Both the position numbers and the translations under genes were made by a program. Under the pieces are notes generated by a model. That model was not told the origin of the DNA, ran no database searches, and saw only the letters and a list, made by a program, of their open reading frames with translations. A stretch of DNA of 52,781 bases from a virus. Lineage: Duplodnaviria > Caudoviricetes. Where the stretch lies: IMG/VR virus record IMGVR_UViG_3300047201_000122, positions 1 to 52,781 of that record, one strand, 5' to 3'. Within the stretch, counting starts at the first letter, position 1. Every line of letters starts with the position of its first letter. Of the stretch, positions 9,389-18,806 are shown piece after piece.

Positions 9389-11649
9389 TGTCTGAACCTA
9401 TAGAAATAAGTCTTTATGGATATTATATTGATTATCAAAGCTTAGATGGTTATTTAGAAAGTGATGGTGCAGATACTTATTCATATGTCCGAAGTGGTAG
9501 TGGCATAATAACTAAAAATGATTATTCTGCATATATGGATGTAGGACAATATCATACTTATGGAAGTCCATTTCCACCTATGCCTGAACATAATTTTTAT
9601 GGTATATGGAGAGGATTTTTATTCTTTAATACCTCTATCATTCCTGCAAATGCTTCAATTATTAGTGCAGTCTTAAAATTATATTCAGAAAGTAATAATA
9701 GCGAACTACCCGATATTAATTTTAATTTAACTATTCAGAAATTTTCGCATTATCCTTTTTCTGAAGATGATTGGCCAGAAGAGAATTATGAAGGAAATGG
9801 AGGTTCTTTGAATACCTCATTATGGGTTTTAGATGCATATAATGAAATAGAATTTAATAATGATGGGCTTAATATGATAATTAAAAGTGGTATTACCTGT
9901 ATCAGTTTAAGAAGTGATAAAGATATCAATTCAATACCACCTAATACAAATACGAATGAAATGTTATTTATATGCACACAGGATAATGATGAAGAATTAC
10001 ATCGACCAGTGTTAGTTCTTACTTATATAGTTCCTGAAATAATAAATATAAAAGCAGAGCCAGATTCGACACAAACTGCAATAAGATTATATGGAGAAAT
10101 ATTATCAGGAGAGAATATAATTGAAAAGGGATTTGAATATCTCATACAAGACGAAGAGCCAACAGAAGAAGCAATAGGGATAGAAGTTATAAAGGAAAAA
10201 CCAACGTGGATGGAGTTTTGGGAGATTGGAGAATATTGGGCATACGAATATGAGGGTAATAATGTAGATTTCTGGGATAGGTTATATCATCTTTCAGAAG
10301 ATGAATATAAATATGAACATCATACAATCTGGTGGTTTAGAGCATATTGTAAAATTGGAGAAGATAAATATATTGCTGAAACTTGGATAAAAAATATTTC
10401 TACCGTTACGACTTTTGAATGCACGGAAGTATCCGCACAAAGAGCAATAGGCAACGGTGAATTAATAAATAAAGGTGCTAATATCGTAACGAGATTAGGA
10501 TTTAGGATAATAAAAGAATATAGTGGAGATTTAATGGGAGCAAATAGTTATACTAGAGAATGGGATGGCTATTTGGTTGCGGTCCCTCTTGAAGAGCATC
10601 CTATTTATGATGTAAATGGAATCTTTATAACTGGTTGGTATTATACTGGAACTTTTTATCGAGATGCCTTCTTTCCAAAATCTCAAACTGAAGGGGATTT
10701 TGATTTAGGTATTTATTTAAATATTTTAGGTGGTGGTTTTAATGGAGAAGGATTCGGATATTATCTAAAACCAAATGATACTTTAAAAATTCAAGCGATA
10801 GCCAAAAATGATTTAGGAGTAGGATATGGTGACGATATTTTTGAAATAACTACTGGACAAAATTTACTTTATGAACCAGTTCCACCAATTGTTTCTCCGA
10901 CTTCGGTAGAAAAATCAGTTACTATTCGTAATGTTCCAGAAGGAGAGATAGCCACCAGAGTAGGAATAAGACTTGGAAGAACTTCAGGTTGTAATGAGAT
11001 AGATGTTTTTGAGGATGGGGAATGGGGAAATGATGATAAGATAATTTTCTTTATTCCTGACCTCGTTCCCGGTGAGAAATATTATGAAGAACCTTATATG
11101 GTTTTAAAAGATATTGATTCTGAAACCGGAGAAGAATGGGAAGAAGAAATAATTGATGAAGAGGAAGATTTTTTTGTAATTCCAGATTGGGATGAAGATT
11201 GGGATTATGATACGACTATACCAACTTATGAAGAATATAATTATAAGATAGTCATAAGAGAAATAAGATGTGAAAAAATGTCTGACCAAAGTTTTATTGA
11301 CAAAGCAGGTAGAAGAAGAAGTATAACTTTAAACAATCATTTGATTCAGACTGAAGAAGTTAATAAGGAAGTTATAAATGATTATCTGAATAAATTTCAG
11401 ATAATAAAATTAAAAGTTTCCATTGATTATGATATACCAATACCCTTTGAACGAGGGGATGTTATTTTAATAGGGGATGGAAAGCATAAATTTAAAGAGG
11501 ATGGAGAAGGGGAGATATTATCATTATTCAAAGCAGATGGAATGGGAGAGATATTATTTAGGATAGCTATATTAGCTAAAATTAGGAAAATTGATGGTAA
11601 TTATGTTTCGGGGAATGAATTATTATTAAGTTTAGAATTGGAGGTATAA
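9388..11649 (+). CDS. Tail tip protein: DNRLRE-like domain, FN3-like modules, hub-like C-terminus
   Basis: RGFLFFNTSIIPANASIISAVLKLY...RPVLVLTY; C-terminal DQSFIDKAGRR...PFERGDVI. Confidence 0.6.
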   Translation: MSEPIEISLYGYYIDYQSLDGYLESDGADTYSYVRSGSGIITKNDYSAYMDVGQYHTYGSPFPPMPEHNFYGIWRGFLFFNTSIIPANASIISAVLKLYSESNNSELPDINFNLTIQKFSHYPFSEDDWPEENYEGNGGSLNTSLWVLDAYNEIEFNNDGLNMIIKSGITCISLRSDKDINSIPPNTNTNEMLFICTQDNDEELHRPVLVLTYIVPEIINIKAEPDSTQTAIRLYGEILSGENIIEKGFEYLIQDEEPTEEAIGIEVIKEKPTWMEFWEIGEYWAYEYEGNNVDFWDRLYHLSEDEYKYEHHTIWWFRAYCKIGEDKYIAETWIKNISTVTTFECTEVSAQRAIGNGELINKGANIVTRLGFRIIKEYSGDLMGANSYTREWDGYLVAVPLEEHPIYDVNGIFITGWYYTGTFYRDAFFPKSQTEGDFDLGIYLNILGGGFNGEGFGYYLKPNDTLKIQAIAKNDLGVGYGDDIFEITTGQNLLYEPVPPIVSPTSVEKSVTIRNVPEGEIATRVGIRLGRTSGCNEIDVFEDGEWGNDDKIIFFIPDLVPGEKYYEEPYMVLKDIDSETGEEWEEEIIDEEEDFFVIPDWDEDWDYDTTIPTYEEYNYKIVIREIRCEKMSDQSFIDKAGRRRSITLNNHLIQTEEVNKEVINDYLNKFQIIKLKVSIDYDIPIPFERGDVILIGDGKHKFKEDGEGEILSLFKADGMGEILFRIAILAKIRKIDGNYVSGNELLLSLELEV

Positions 11650-11652
11650 AAT

Positions 11653-12012
11653 ATGGCTAAACATTTTTACTCACAGCAAAGTGCCGGGGATGGAAGAGTA
11701 AGTACTGAAGATAATTATGATGAATTAAATATAATAAATGAATTAAGACAGATTGTAGAAGACTTGGCCACTATCATAGGGCAGGTTAAATTAGGGAATG
11801 GACAGTATCCTGCCGATAGCAGTATTGGAATATTAGCAACTAATGTAGTAAAGAATAACTTTGAAGCGATAACTTATCCTTTAGTAACTGATGATGAAAC
11901 TTTAGGATACAGCAAGGGAAGTATCTGGGTATATGAAGATGCTTATATCTGTACCGATGCAACTGAAGGATTTGCAATATGGAAATTGATTACTTATGAA
12001 TATATATCATAG
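11653..12012 (+). CDS. Small tail/fibre-associated protein
   Basis: PLVTDDETLGYSKGSIW...YICTDATEGFAIW motif of the kind seen in phage tail proteins. Confidence 0.5.
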   Translation: MAKHFYSQQSAGDGRVSTEDNYDELNIINELRQIVEDLATIIGQVKLGNGQYPADSSIGILATNVVKNNFEAITYPLVTDDETLGYSKGSIWVYEDAYICTDATEGFAIWKLITYEYIS

Positions 12013-12031
12013 GAAGGAGATGAATTAAGAT

Positions 12032-12412
12032 ATGAAGAAAATTATTTTAATAATTATTGCAGTATTGATATTTAGTTTGAGTTCGGGAATTGGTTATGCT
12101 CAAATAGAATTAACTGAAAGGGAATTATTAATTCAGTTAAATGAGAAGGTAACTTATATTAATGAGAGTGCATTAAGGATTGAAAAAAATCTCATTACCA
12201 CTACAGAGAAAGCGAATACTTTAGAAAGTAGAGTAACTGTAACTGAACAAGGTATAATATCTTTATGCAATAAGATTGAAGGTTTAACAGGAAGCTGGAA
12301 TTGGACATTAGGACTTTTTGGAATACTTATAATTAGCGTAACTGCTTATATTTGGAAAGGGATTTATGGGAATAGAAAGACGAATAATAAGACTAATCAA
12401 GTCTCTGGATAG
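12032..12412 (+). CDS. Membrane protein: signal/TM, coiled coil, C-terminal TM (lysis-associated)
   Basis: Hydrophobic N-terminus, heptad pattern, WTLGLFGILIISVTAYIW. Confidence 0.5.
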   Translation: MKKIILIIIAVLIFSLSSGIGYAQIELTERELLIQLNEKVTYINESALRIEKNLITTTEKANTLESRVTVTEQGIISLCNKIEGLTGSWNWTLGLFGILIISVTAYIWKGIYGNRKTNNKTNQVSG

Positions 12413-12677
12413 GATTATGGATACTTGGGATAATTTAACTTTGCGTAGGACGATAGTAAGTTTTTTTACAACTATTATTCTTATACAAATGGTAATTACT
12501 ACTATTTTATTAATATTTGGTAGAGAGATTTCAGAAACTTGGTTAGGAATAATAATAGCAGAACTTGGAGCATGGGGAGTAATATCAGCTTATTATTTTA
12601 ATGTAAGAAGCAAAATGGATGGGCATAATATTAGAAATAATATTGAAAAAGAAGGAGAAAAAAATGAGCGAGAATAG
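12366..12677 (+). CDS. Putative holin (2 TM)
   Basis: Two hydrophobic segments, VISAYYF motif, charged C-terminus; adjacent to the endolysin. Confidence 0.6.
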   Translation: MGIERRIIRLIKSLDRIMDTWDNLTLRRTIVSFFTTIILIQMVITTILLIFGREISETWLGIIIAELGAWGVISAYYFNVRSKMDGHNIRNNIEKEGEKNERE

Positions 12678-13101
12678 ATACATAAGCATTATCAAGAAAT
12701 GTGGCTGTCCATGCAATATTTGCAAAGGAAAAGAACAAAAGATGAATGTCAGTCTTATTGAAGAATTGATAGTTTTGGAAGAATATCTCCAAAAGGAAGT
12801 TATCATTAATAGCGGTAGAAGGTGTCCTGCTGAAAATGCAAGGGTCGGTGGATACCCTAATTCTCCACATGTATTTGGGGAAGCAGTAGATATTAAAGTT
12901 ATTGGGATAGAATTAATAGCATTGGCTTTGATATGTGAGAAGATGGCTTTTTTAAGAATAGGGATATATCCCAATCATATACATTTAGATATGATAAAAC
13001 CTAATCCTTCAAGATTTTGGTATATCAAAAAATACGGAGAAGCTCTGGTATATTCAGGGAGCATAAAAAATCTGGATGAATTTTTAAAAAAAGTGAGGTG
13101 A
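12664..13101 (+). CDS. Endolysin, peptidase M15 family
   Basis: INSGRRCPAENARVGGYPNSPHVFGEAVDI...HIHLD Zn-peptidase motifs; CGCPC N-terminus. Confidence 0.9.
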   Translation: MSENRYISIIKKCGCPCNICKGKEQKMNVSLIEELIVLEEYLQKEVIINSGRRCPAENARVGGYPNSPHVFGEAVDIKVIGIELIALALICEKMAFLRIGIYPNHIHLDMIKPNPSRFWYIKKYGEALVYSGSIKNLDEFLKKVR

Positions 13102-13547
13102 TAAGAATGAATAGCAATACATTTTTTATCATAATACTAACTATATGGATATTGGTAGGATTATATATTCTATATTCAAGATACATGAAGAAAGAGAAAA
13201 CTAAACCAGTTGAGCCATTAGAAGAAGAAATAAGAATCCTGCATGTATTCCCAGACTATATTAAAAATATGCCTTATGAATGCAAATCTATGGAGAGATT
13301 ACATTTCATAGTAAAGGGATATGCTGATATAAATGAAATTAGAGAAGTGCCTATTAATGGAGATAAAATTATTTGGAAGCATACTTTTGGTAATGGCGAA
13401 TTTAGAGGGAATCGGAATCTTAAAACTGGTAACTATACAGGGAATTCTATTGATTATATAACTCCTAATAAAGAAATTCTGATATTTATTTCAGCATGTT
13501 ATTTAGGTCTTATGGATGCTACTTGGATTAAAGTAATTAAAAAATAA
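13098..13547 (+). CDS. Membrane-anchored hypothetical protein
   Basis: N-terminal TM; shares an F-x-VKG...W pattern with the next gene. Confidence 0.5.
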   Translation: MIRMNSNTFFIIILTIWILVGLYILYSRYMKKEKTKPVEPLEEEIRILHVFPDYIKNMPYECKSMERLHFIVKGYADINEIREVPINGDKIIWKHTFGNGEFRGNRNLKTGNYTGNSIDYITPNKEILIFISACYLGLMDATWIKVIKK

Positions 13548-13566
13548 TAAAAGGAGATGGTTTTAA

Positions 13567-13995
13567 ATGGCAGTTTGGATTATTATAATTTTAGCGGTAT
13601 TGCTTACTCTTTATGGTATAAATGTAAATAAGAAAAAGGAAAAGGAAACAGTGGGAGAAGCGGAAGTCCTTTTATCTGATATAGAATTAAAACATTTAAA
13701 AGTATATTGTTCTACTTGCGGAGATACAGAAGTAAAAGCAGGAAGCACAATAAAAGCAATAGAAAATAAAGGATGCTTTTCAGTAAAGGGATTTAATGCA
13801 GAAGGAAAAGAAACAGTATTACTCGCTTCAAAAGTAAGTTGGAATTCCAGTTGTCAAGTATGCAAATGGGAAAATGACATTGGAATAAGAAATTGTGTAT
13901 CCTGTAATAATGGTTTAATAAGGTCAGTATGGATAAAGTATAGCAACGGGGTTACCTTCAATTGGAAAATAGACTTTGGGAAACAGAATAAATAA
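13567..13995 (+). CDS. Membrane-anchored Cys-rich hypothetical protein
   Basis: N-terminal TM; three CxxC pairs. Confidence 0.5.
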   Translation: MAVWIIIILAVLLTLYGINVNKKKEKETVGEAEVLLSDIELKHLKVYCSTCGDTEVKAGSTIKAIENKGCFSVKGFNAEGKETVLLASKVSWNSSCQVCKWENDIGIRNCVSCNNGLIRSVWIKYSNGVTFNWKIDFGKQNK

Positions 13996-14021
13996 TTAAA
14001 TATGGTAGATTATAATAATAG

Positions 14022-14070
14022 TTGATGACTGGAAAGGCTTATGATATAATAGTTACAGGAGATTATTATG
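14022..14070 (+). promoter_or_regulatory. Sigma70 promoter + RBS cassette (copy 1) for the LAGLIDADG gene
   Basis: TTGATG-17-TATAAT with TGn; 14031-14070 is identical to 15579-15618. Confidence 0.8.
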
Positions 14071-14862
14071 TTAAAATTATATCAAAATAAAAAATGGTTA
14101 GGGGATAAATATATAAAAGATGAATTATCTATATCTCGAATTTCTGAATTATATAAAATAGATAGGAGTTCACTTTATAGAGAATTAGTAAAATTAGATA
14201 TTCCTTGCCGTTCTTATAATGAAGCGAATCATTTGAGACGAAAAAATCATTGTAATTTATCCCAAGAAGCAATCGAATGGTTAAATGGCGAACTTTTAGG
14301 AGATGGGTGTTTGGATTCACGCTCTATTTATTCGGCAAGATTTATGTATGGTTCTAAATATCTTGAGTATGTTGAATATGTAAAAGATACTTTAAATTCT
14401 TTTGGTATAAAACAAGTAGGCAAAATAAACAAAAGAATAAATACAAGACAAGGGAATATTTCTTATTTTTATGCTTCTCGTTGTTATGTAGAATTATTGA
14501 ATATTTATGAAAGATTTTATCCAGAAGGCATAAAAATAGTCCCTAAAGATATTGAATTGACTCCTTTAACTTGCCGTCAATGGTATATTGGAGATGGTTG
14601 TTTGATACATAATAAAATAGGAGATAGTAAAAATGGTAGAGCACATATTACATTATATACTTGTGGATTCACTATTTCAGATGTAGAGTGGTTATTGGAG
14701 CAATTAAATAAATTAAGTTTCAAAGTTACTCGTCAAGTATCAAAAAATTCAATTAATATTTCTGCTTATTCTACTGAAAGATTTTTAAATTATATCGGGT
14801 CTTCTCCAGTTAAATGTTATGATTATAAATGGAGTTACTTTGAGTTGGAAGATAAATTTTAA
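14068..14862 (+). CDS. Free-standing LAGLIDADG homing endonuclease with N-terminal HTH
   Basis: Two motifs, NGELLGDGCL and QWYIGDGCL; ITLYTCGFTISDV. Confidence 0.9.
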   Translation: MLKLYQNKKWLGDKYIKDELSISRISELYKIDRSSLYRELVKLDIPCRSYNEANHLRRKNHCNLSQEAIEWLNGELLGDGCLDSRSIYSARFMYGSKYLEYVEYVKDTLNSFGIKQVGKINKRINTRQGNISYFYASRCYVELLNIYERFYPEGIKIVPKDIELTPLTCRQWYIGDGCLIHNKIGDSKNGRAHITLYTCGFTISDVEWLLEQLNKLSFKVTRQVSKNSINISAYSTERFLNYIGSSPVKCYDYKWSYFELEDKF

Positions 14863-14875
14863 CAAATAAATAAAA

Positions 14876-14972
14876 CAAGCCTCCGCAAGGTTTAATTCAA
14901 GTTTTATTAACAGGTGGTGACTGGTAACCTCCTACCCATAACTTGTTTGATAGAAACCTAAACGGGGGCTTG
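14876..14972 (+). ncRNA. Structured intergenic RNA candidate (long hairpin exposing ACCTCCT)
   Basis: CAAGCCTCCG/CGGGGGCTTG and AGGTTT/AAACCT stems; anti-SD at 14927-14933. Confidence 0.45.
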
Positions 14973-14992
14973 ATAAGAAAGGATATGATGTT

Positions 14993-15358
14993 ATGAAATA
15001 TCTATGGCAATTACCTCAGAATATATTAGCTATGCTCATTTATTTTATTTATAAAAAATCTTTACCACAAGTACGGATATATAAGGATTCTGTTGTATAT
15101 TATATCGTAGGATTCCCAGGTGGATTATCTTTAGGACATTATATATTCCTACAATATGATTGCGATATGAATATGGTTAATCACGAATATGGGCACACCT
15201 TACAGTCAAAAATGTTAGGGTGGTTATATCTACCAATAGTATCTTTACCGTCTTTCATAATGGCTGGTTTAACAAATTTACACATATTAAAGATAGAAAA
15301 TTATTATAAACATTTCCCTGAAAATTGGGCGGATAAATTAGGTGGAGTAAAGAGATAA
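14993..15358 (+). CDS. HExxH-containing membrane protein
   Basis: WQLPQN...GGLSLG...HEYGHTLQS...ENWADKLGG. Confidence 0.6.
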   Translation: MKYLWQLPQNILAMLIYFIYKKSLPQVRIYKDSVVYYIVGFPGGLSLGHYIFLQYDCDMNMVNHEYGHTLQSKMLGWLYLPIVSLPSFIMAGLTNLHILKIENYYKHFPENWADKLGGVKR

Positions 15359-15384
15359 TACTATTAGAAAGGAGAATATAAAAT

Positions 15385-15564
15385 ATGTTATATCTGAAAA
15401 TGATTTTCTTTGTATTCCTAACGATGGCAGGAATATATACAATCTTTCATATTAACGATTTTATTCAAGATTGGTATAAGTGGTTTATAGCTTTAGTTAA
15501 AGGTATTGGAAAAACAATCCTCTGGATAGCGAATAAAATCATAAGTATATTTAGAAGGAAATAA
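15385..15564 (+). CDS. Small hydrophobic protein (59 aa), not in ORF track
   Basis: AAGGAG SD; MLYLKMIFFVFLTMAGIYTIF...IFRRK*. Confidence 0.6.
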   Translation: MLYLKMIFFVFLTMAGIYTIFHINDFIQDWYKWFIALVKGIGKTILWIANKIISIFRRK

Positions 15565-15569
15565 TAATC

Positions 15570-15618
15570 TTGATAACAGGAAAGGCTTATGATATAATAG
15601 TTACAGGAGATTATTATG
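15570..15618 (+). promoter_or_regulatory. Sigma70 promoter + RBS cassette (copy 2) for the HNH family C gene
   Basis: TTGATA-17-TATAAT with TGn; 40-bp identity with 14031-14070. Confidence 0.8.
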
Positions 15619-16188
15619 GGTAAATTTATAGACTTAACTGGTAATATCTTTGGAAGATTAACAGTAATCAAAAGAGTTAATAATAAATGTAATAAAACAA
15701 TGTGGTTATGCAGATGTAATTGTGGGATGGAAAAAATTGTTTATGCAATTTCTTTAAGAAGTGGTGGCACTCGAAGTTGTGGTTGTCTACATAAAGAAGG
15801 AAACCATAAATTGGATTATGGACTTGCAAGTACGCGAACAAGAATAGGAATGTATAAAGCAAGTGCAAAGAAACGAGGGTTTGAATATAAATTAACAGAA
15901 AAACAATTTAAGGAATTGACAAGACAGGATTGTTATTATTGTGGAGCGAAACCAAATAATATACAAAAAAATAGACATAATAATGGAGCTTACATTTATA
16001 ATGGTATTGATAGAGTTGATAATTCCAAAGGATATACAATAAAAAATATTGTTCCTTGTTGTATAAAATGTAATACAGCAAAAGGAATATCAACAATGAA
16101 AGAATTTAGCGACTGGATAAAAAAGATTTATAAAAATATACAGAAGGAATATCTAAAAGAAGGTGATAATATTGAAAAAGATATTTAG
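15616..16188 (+). CDS. HNH-type homing endonuclease, family C
   Basis: DLTGNIFGRLTV...CRCNCG...SCGCL; GIDRVDNSKGYTIKNIVPCCIKCN. Confidence 0.85.
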   Translation: MGKFIDLTGNIFGRLTVIKRVNNKCNKTMWLCRCNCGMEKIVYAISLRSGGTRSCGCLHKEGNHKLDYGLASTRTRIGMYKASAKKRGFEYKLTEKQFKELTRQDCYYCGAKPNNIQKNRHNNGAYIYNGIDRVDNSKGYTIKNIVPCCIKCNTAKGISTMKEFSDWIKKIYKNIQKEYLKEGDNIEKDI

Positions 16189-16984
16189 ATTTATTTTTGT
16201 TATATTGATTATTATGGCTTTGATTTTTGTTGGATTTAAAGGTTGGCAATTTTATAAAGAATGGAAGGAGCGAGGGATAAAGACCAGTCAAGAATTAAAA
16301 ACAATTGAACTATTACAAAAACAACAAGGGATTATCCTAACCTTATCTACTGAATTAGCGGAAATACAGAAAAAGGTAGTAGGAGAAACTTTAAAGGAGA
16401 AAGTAACGGTAAAAGTAGAAACTCCAACCTATGAATCAAAAAAAGCAGAAATAATAGAACTTAAAAAAGAGCCGGAAGTTAATCAGGAAAAGATTGATGT
16501 AGCAAGGGCAGAATTTGAAGAAAGGATTAATGAATTTCAAGCGAGTCCTGATAAAATATTAATTAATACAGGAGATGGAAAAATCGTTCTATATGAAGAT
16601 ACAAAAGGTAATCTTGTTTCTTTGGAAAGCGGAGTTACTATAACCAGACATCGAAATGTGGAAGAAGTAATCGGAGATTTGCAAGCGGGGAATAAGATTG
16701 AAGTAATTAAAGGAAAAGATTATAATTTAAGTTTTAATCTTATTTATGATTCTACTGATAAGGATTTTTATCCCGGTGTGAGTTATCAGTTATGGGATTG
16801 GAAAAAGTTCAGCTTTAATGTTACGGGATATGATTTTAGCAATGTCAAAGCAGGAATAGATTTATGCTATAATATAAGCGATAATATTGTAATTGGAGCA
16901 GGATTAAATCTATTTAATGCAAAAGATTTTGAATTTGCTTTAGATAAATATTATCTAAAAGCAGGAATTGAATTTAGTTTTTAA
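16172..16984 (+). CDS. Membrane-anchored coiled-coil protein with C-terminal amphipathic beta-strands (spanin candidate)
   Basis: N-terminal TM, coiled coil, C-terminal ...YYLKAGIEFSF; likely TTG start at 16172 after GAAGGTGA. Confidence 0.5.
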   Translation: MKKIFRFIFVILIIMALIFVGFKGWQFYKEWKERGIKTSQELKTIELLQKQQGIILTLSTELAEIQKKVVGETLKEKVTVKVETPTYESKKAEIIELKKEPEVNQEKIDVARAEFEERINEFQASPDKILINTGDGKIVLYEDTKGNLVSLESGVTITRHRNVEEVIGDLQAGNKIEVIKGKDYNLSFNLIYDSTDKDFYPGVSYQLWDWKKFSFNVTGYDFSNVKAGIDLCYNISDNIVIGAGLNLFNAKDFEFALDKYYLKAGIEFSF

Positions 16985-17002
16985 AAGAAAGGAGATGATT
17001 CT

Positions 17003-18004
17003 ATGGGAATTCCTATTTTATCAAATTACGTTGTGAACAAGATGCTTGACCACGTGCTTAAAGTAGCAGAGTATACTCCGACAACCCATTTATATTTTAC
17101 TCTTTACAAAGGGAATCCTGAAGATGGTGGTGTAGTATGTCCTGGTGCAACCTATGCACGAGTGTTATGCGATGCTTGGAATGCGGCTGTTGCGGCTACC
17201 AGAAGTATAACCAATACCGCTCAATCGGATTTTCCTGAAGCGGGTGCGGATTGGAGTTTTATAGATTTTGTGGGAATTGAAGATGAAGCGGCTAATTTAA
17301 TTGGTAAGTTCGATTTAGCTCCCCCTATTGCAGGAACAAGAACGGGGGATACTATTTTTACCAGAACAGCAGGGACCTGGACTGTGGATACAGAGATCGG
17401 AAAGTATGTTTGGGCTTATGTGGAAGGAAGTTATAATGGCGGAGCTTGGTTTCCAATTGCTGATAATGATACTACTACTATTACTATTACAGGTAGTTTA
17501 ACCGCAAGTTGTAATCGAATAAAAATAGCTATGAACGTCACGCTGGGAATGAATCTATATATTGAAGCGGAAGCAGTAGAAGTAGAATGGGTAACTGGTG
17601 GAGTTTGTAATACTTGGGCAGCTTTAATGTTAGACCATATCTTTATGAATACACCGTTAAGCGTTCCGACAAATCTTTATTTGGGTTTATCGACAGCAGA
17701 TCCGACTGATGATGCTTCGGGAATTGCCGAACCAGTAGCAATGAATTACAGTAGAACAGTTTGCAACACTTGGCATACATCAACCGCGAAGATTTCTACT
17801 AATGATGGGGTAATAGATTCACCTGTGGCTTCAGGACCGTGGGGAGAGATTACTCATTCATTTATTTCTGATGAAAATGATGAAGTGACAATAGACCATA
17901 TTATATTCTATGGTGAATTAGAGACTCCTCTTACCATTGGAGATGGTGATAACTTGAGATATCCTGATGAAGATTTGCAGATTAAGGTTGATGTAGTAGC
18001 ATAA
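17003..18004 (+). CDS. Tail fibre/structural protein with two related domains
   Basis: SNYVVNKMLDH...LYFTLYKGNP and ALMLDH...LYLGLSTADPTDD internal duplication. Confidence 0.65.
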   Translation: MGIPILSNYVVNKMLDHVLKVAEYTPTTHLYFTLYKGNPEDGGVVCPGATYARVLCDAWNAAVAATRSITNTAQSDFPEAGADWSFIDFVGIEDEAANLIGKFDLAPPIAGTRTGDTIFTRTAGTWTVDTEIGKYVWAYVEGSYNGGAWFPIADNDTTTITITGSLTASCNRIKIAMNVTLGMNLYIEAEAVEVEWVTGGVCNTWAALMLDHIFMNTPLSVPTNLYLGLSTADPTDDASGIAEPVAMNYSRTVCNTWHTSTAKISTNDGVIDSPVASGPWGEITHSFISDENDEVTIDHIIFYGELETPLTIGDGDNLRYPDEDLQIKVDVVA

Positions 18005-18084
18005 TATTATAAAGAAATAAAAGGATAGTTTCATTGATAAATAGTGGAGCTATCCTTCTATATATATTTGAAGGAAGTGATGAT

Positions 18085-18792
18085 ATGGATACAATGTATG
18101 CTGGGAAAGTAAATTCTCCTGCAACTACTTTGGATGGAGCTATTAATGATTCTGTTCAGACAATTAATGTAATAGATGGTTCGATTTTGCCGGCTGCTCC
18201 TAATCTTGCAGTAATCGGAACAGGAGAAGATGCTGAAACAATACTATACGGAGTTAAGACGGATAATGCATTAACTACCGTTACCAGAGGATTTCAGGGA
18301 ACTGCAAAGGCGTGGGATTCTGGAACAGCAATTGCAAGAATGTTTACTGCTTATGATTATGATACTTTGAAGGCGAATATCAGTGAACTTGATAGTGTGA
18401 AAATAGAAAGCGTAGTAGAAGACACTACTCCAGAATTAGGTGGAGAAATGGATGCAGGTGCTCATTCCATAGGGTTTACTCAACAAATAGCGACTGGGGA
18501 CGGAACGACTACAATAGATTGGAAGCTAGGTATAAAATTCTATTTCACCTTTGGAGCATTTAATGAAGTTTTCACCTTTACTGCACCTTCTAAACCTTGC
18601 AATCTAACTTTAATTTTAAAGCAAGATGCGACAGGTTCAAGGACTGCGACTTGGCCTGCTACGGTAATGTTTCCAGCTGGGACGAAACCTACTTTATCTA
18701 CGGGTGCTAATAAAATTGATATGATTTGTTTTTATTGGGATGGCACTAATTATTTTGGTGCATCACTTTTAGCTTTCGCAGTACCTGCATAG
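18085..18792 (+). CDS. Tail fibre-related protein
   Basis: TTLDGAIND...VTRGFQGTAKAW; QDATGSRTATWP...PTLSTGANKID. Confidence 0.65.
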   Translation: MDTMYAGKVNSPATTLDGAINDSVQTINVIDGSILPAAPNLAVIGTGEDAETILYGVKTDNALTTVTRGFQGTAKAWDSGTAIARMFTAYDYDTLKANISELDSVKIESVVEDTTPELGGEMDAGAHSIGFTQQIATGDGTTTIDWKLGIKFYFTFGAFNEVFTFTAPSKPCNLTLILKQDATGSRTATWPATVMFPAGTKPTLSTGANKIDMICFYWDGTNYFGASLLAFAVPA

Positions 18793-18806
18793 AAAGGAGT
18801 AAATTA

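Noticed and set aside
13996-14992. Group I intron or intein hosting the LAGLIDADG ORF
   Set aside because: The ORF has its own promoter, RBS and stop; flanking genes look intact; I could not identify intron core elements or intein termini.
17860-17975. CTGATGA hammerhead-like cores here and at other sites
   Set aside because: They lie inside coding sequence without the flanking stems and GAAA/UH arrangement.
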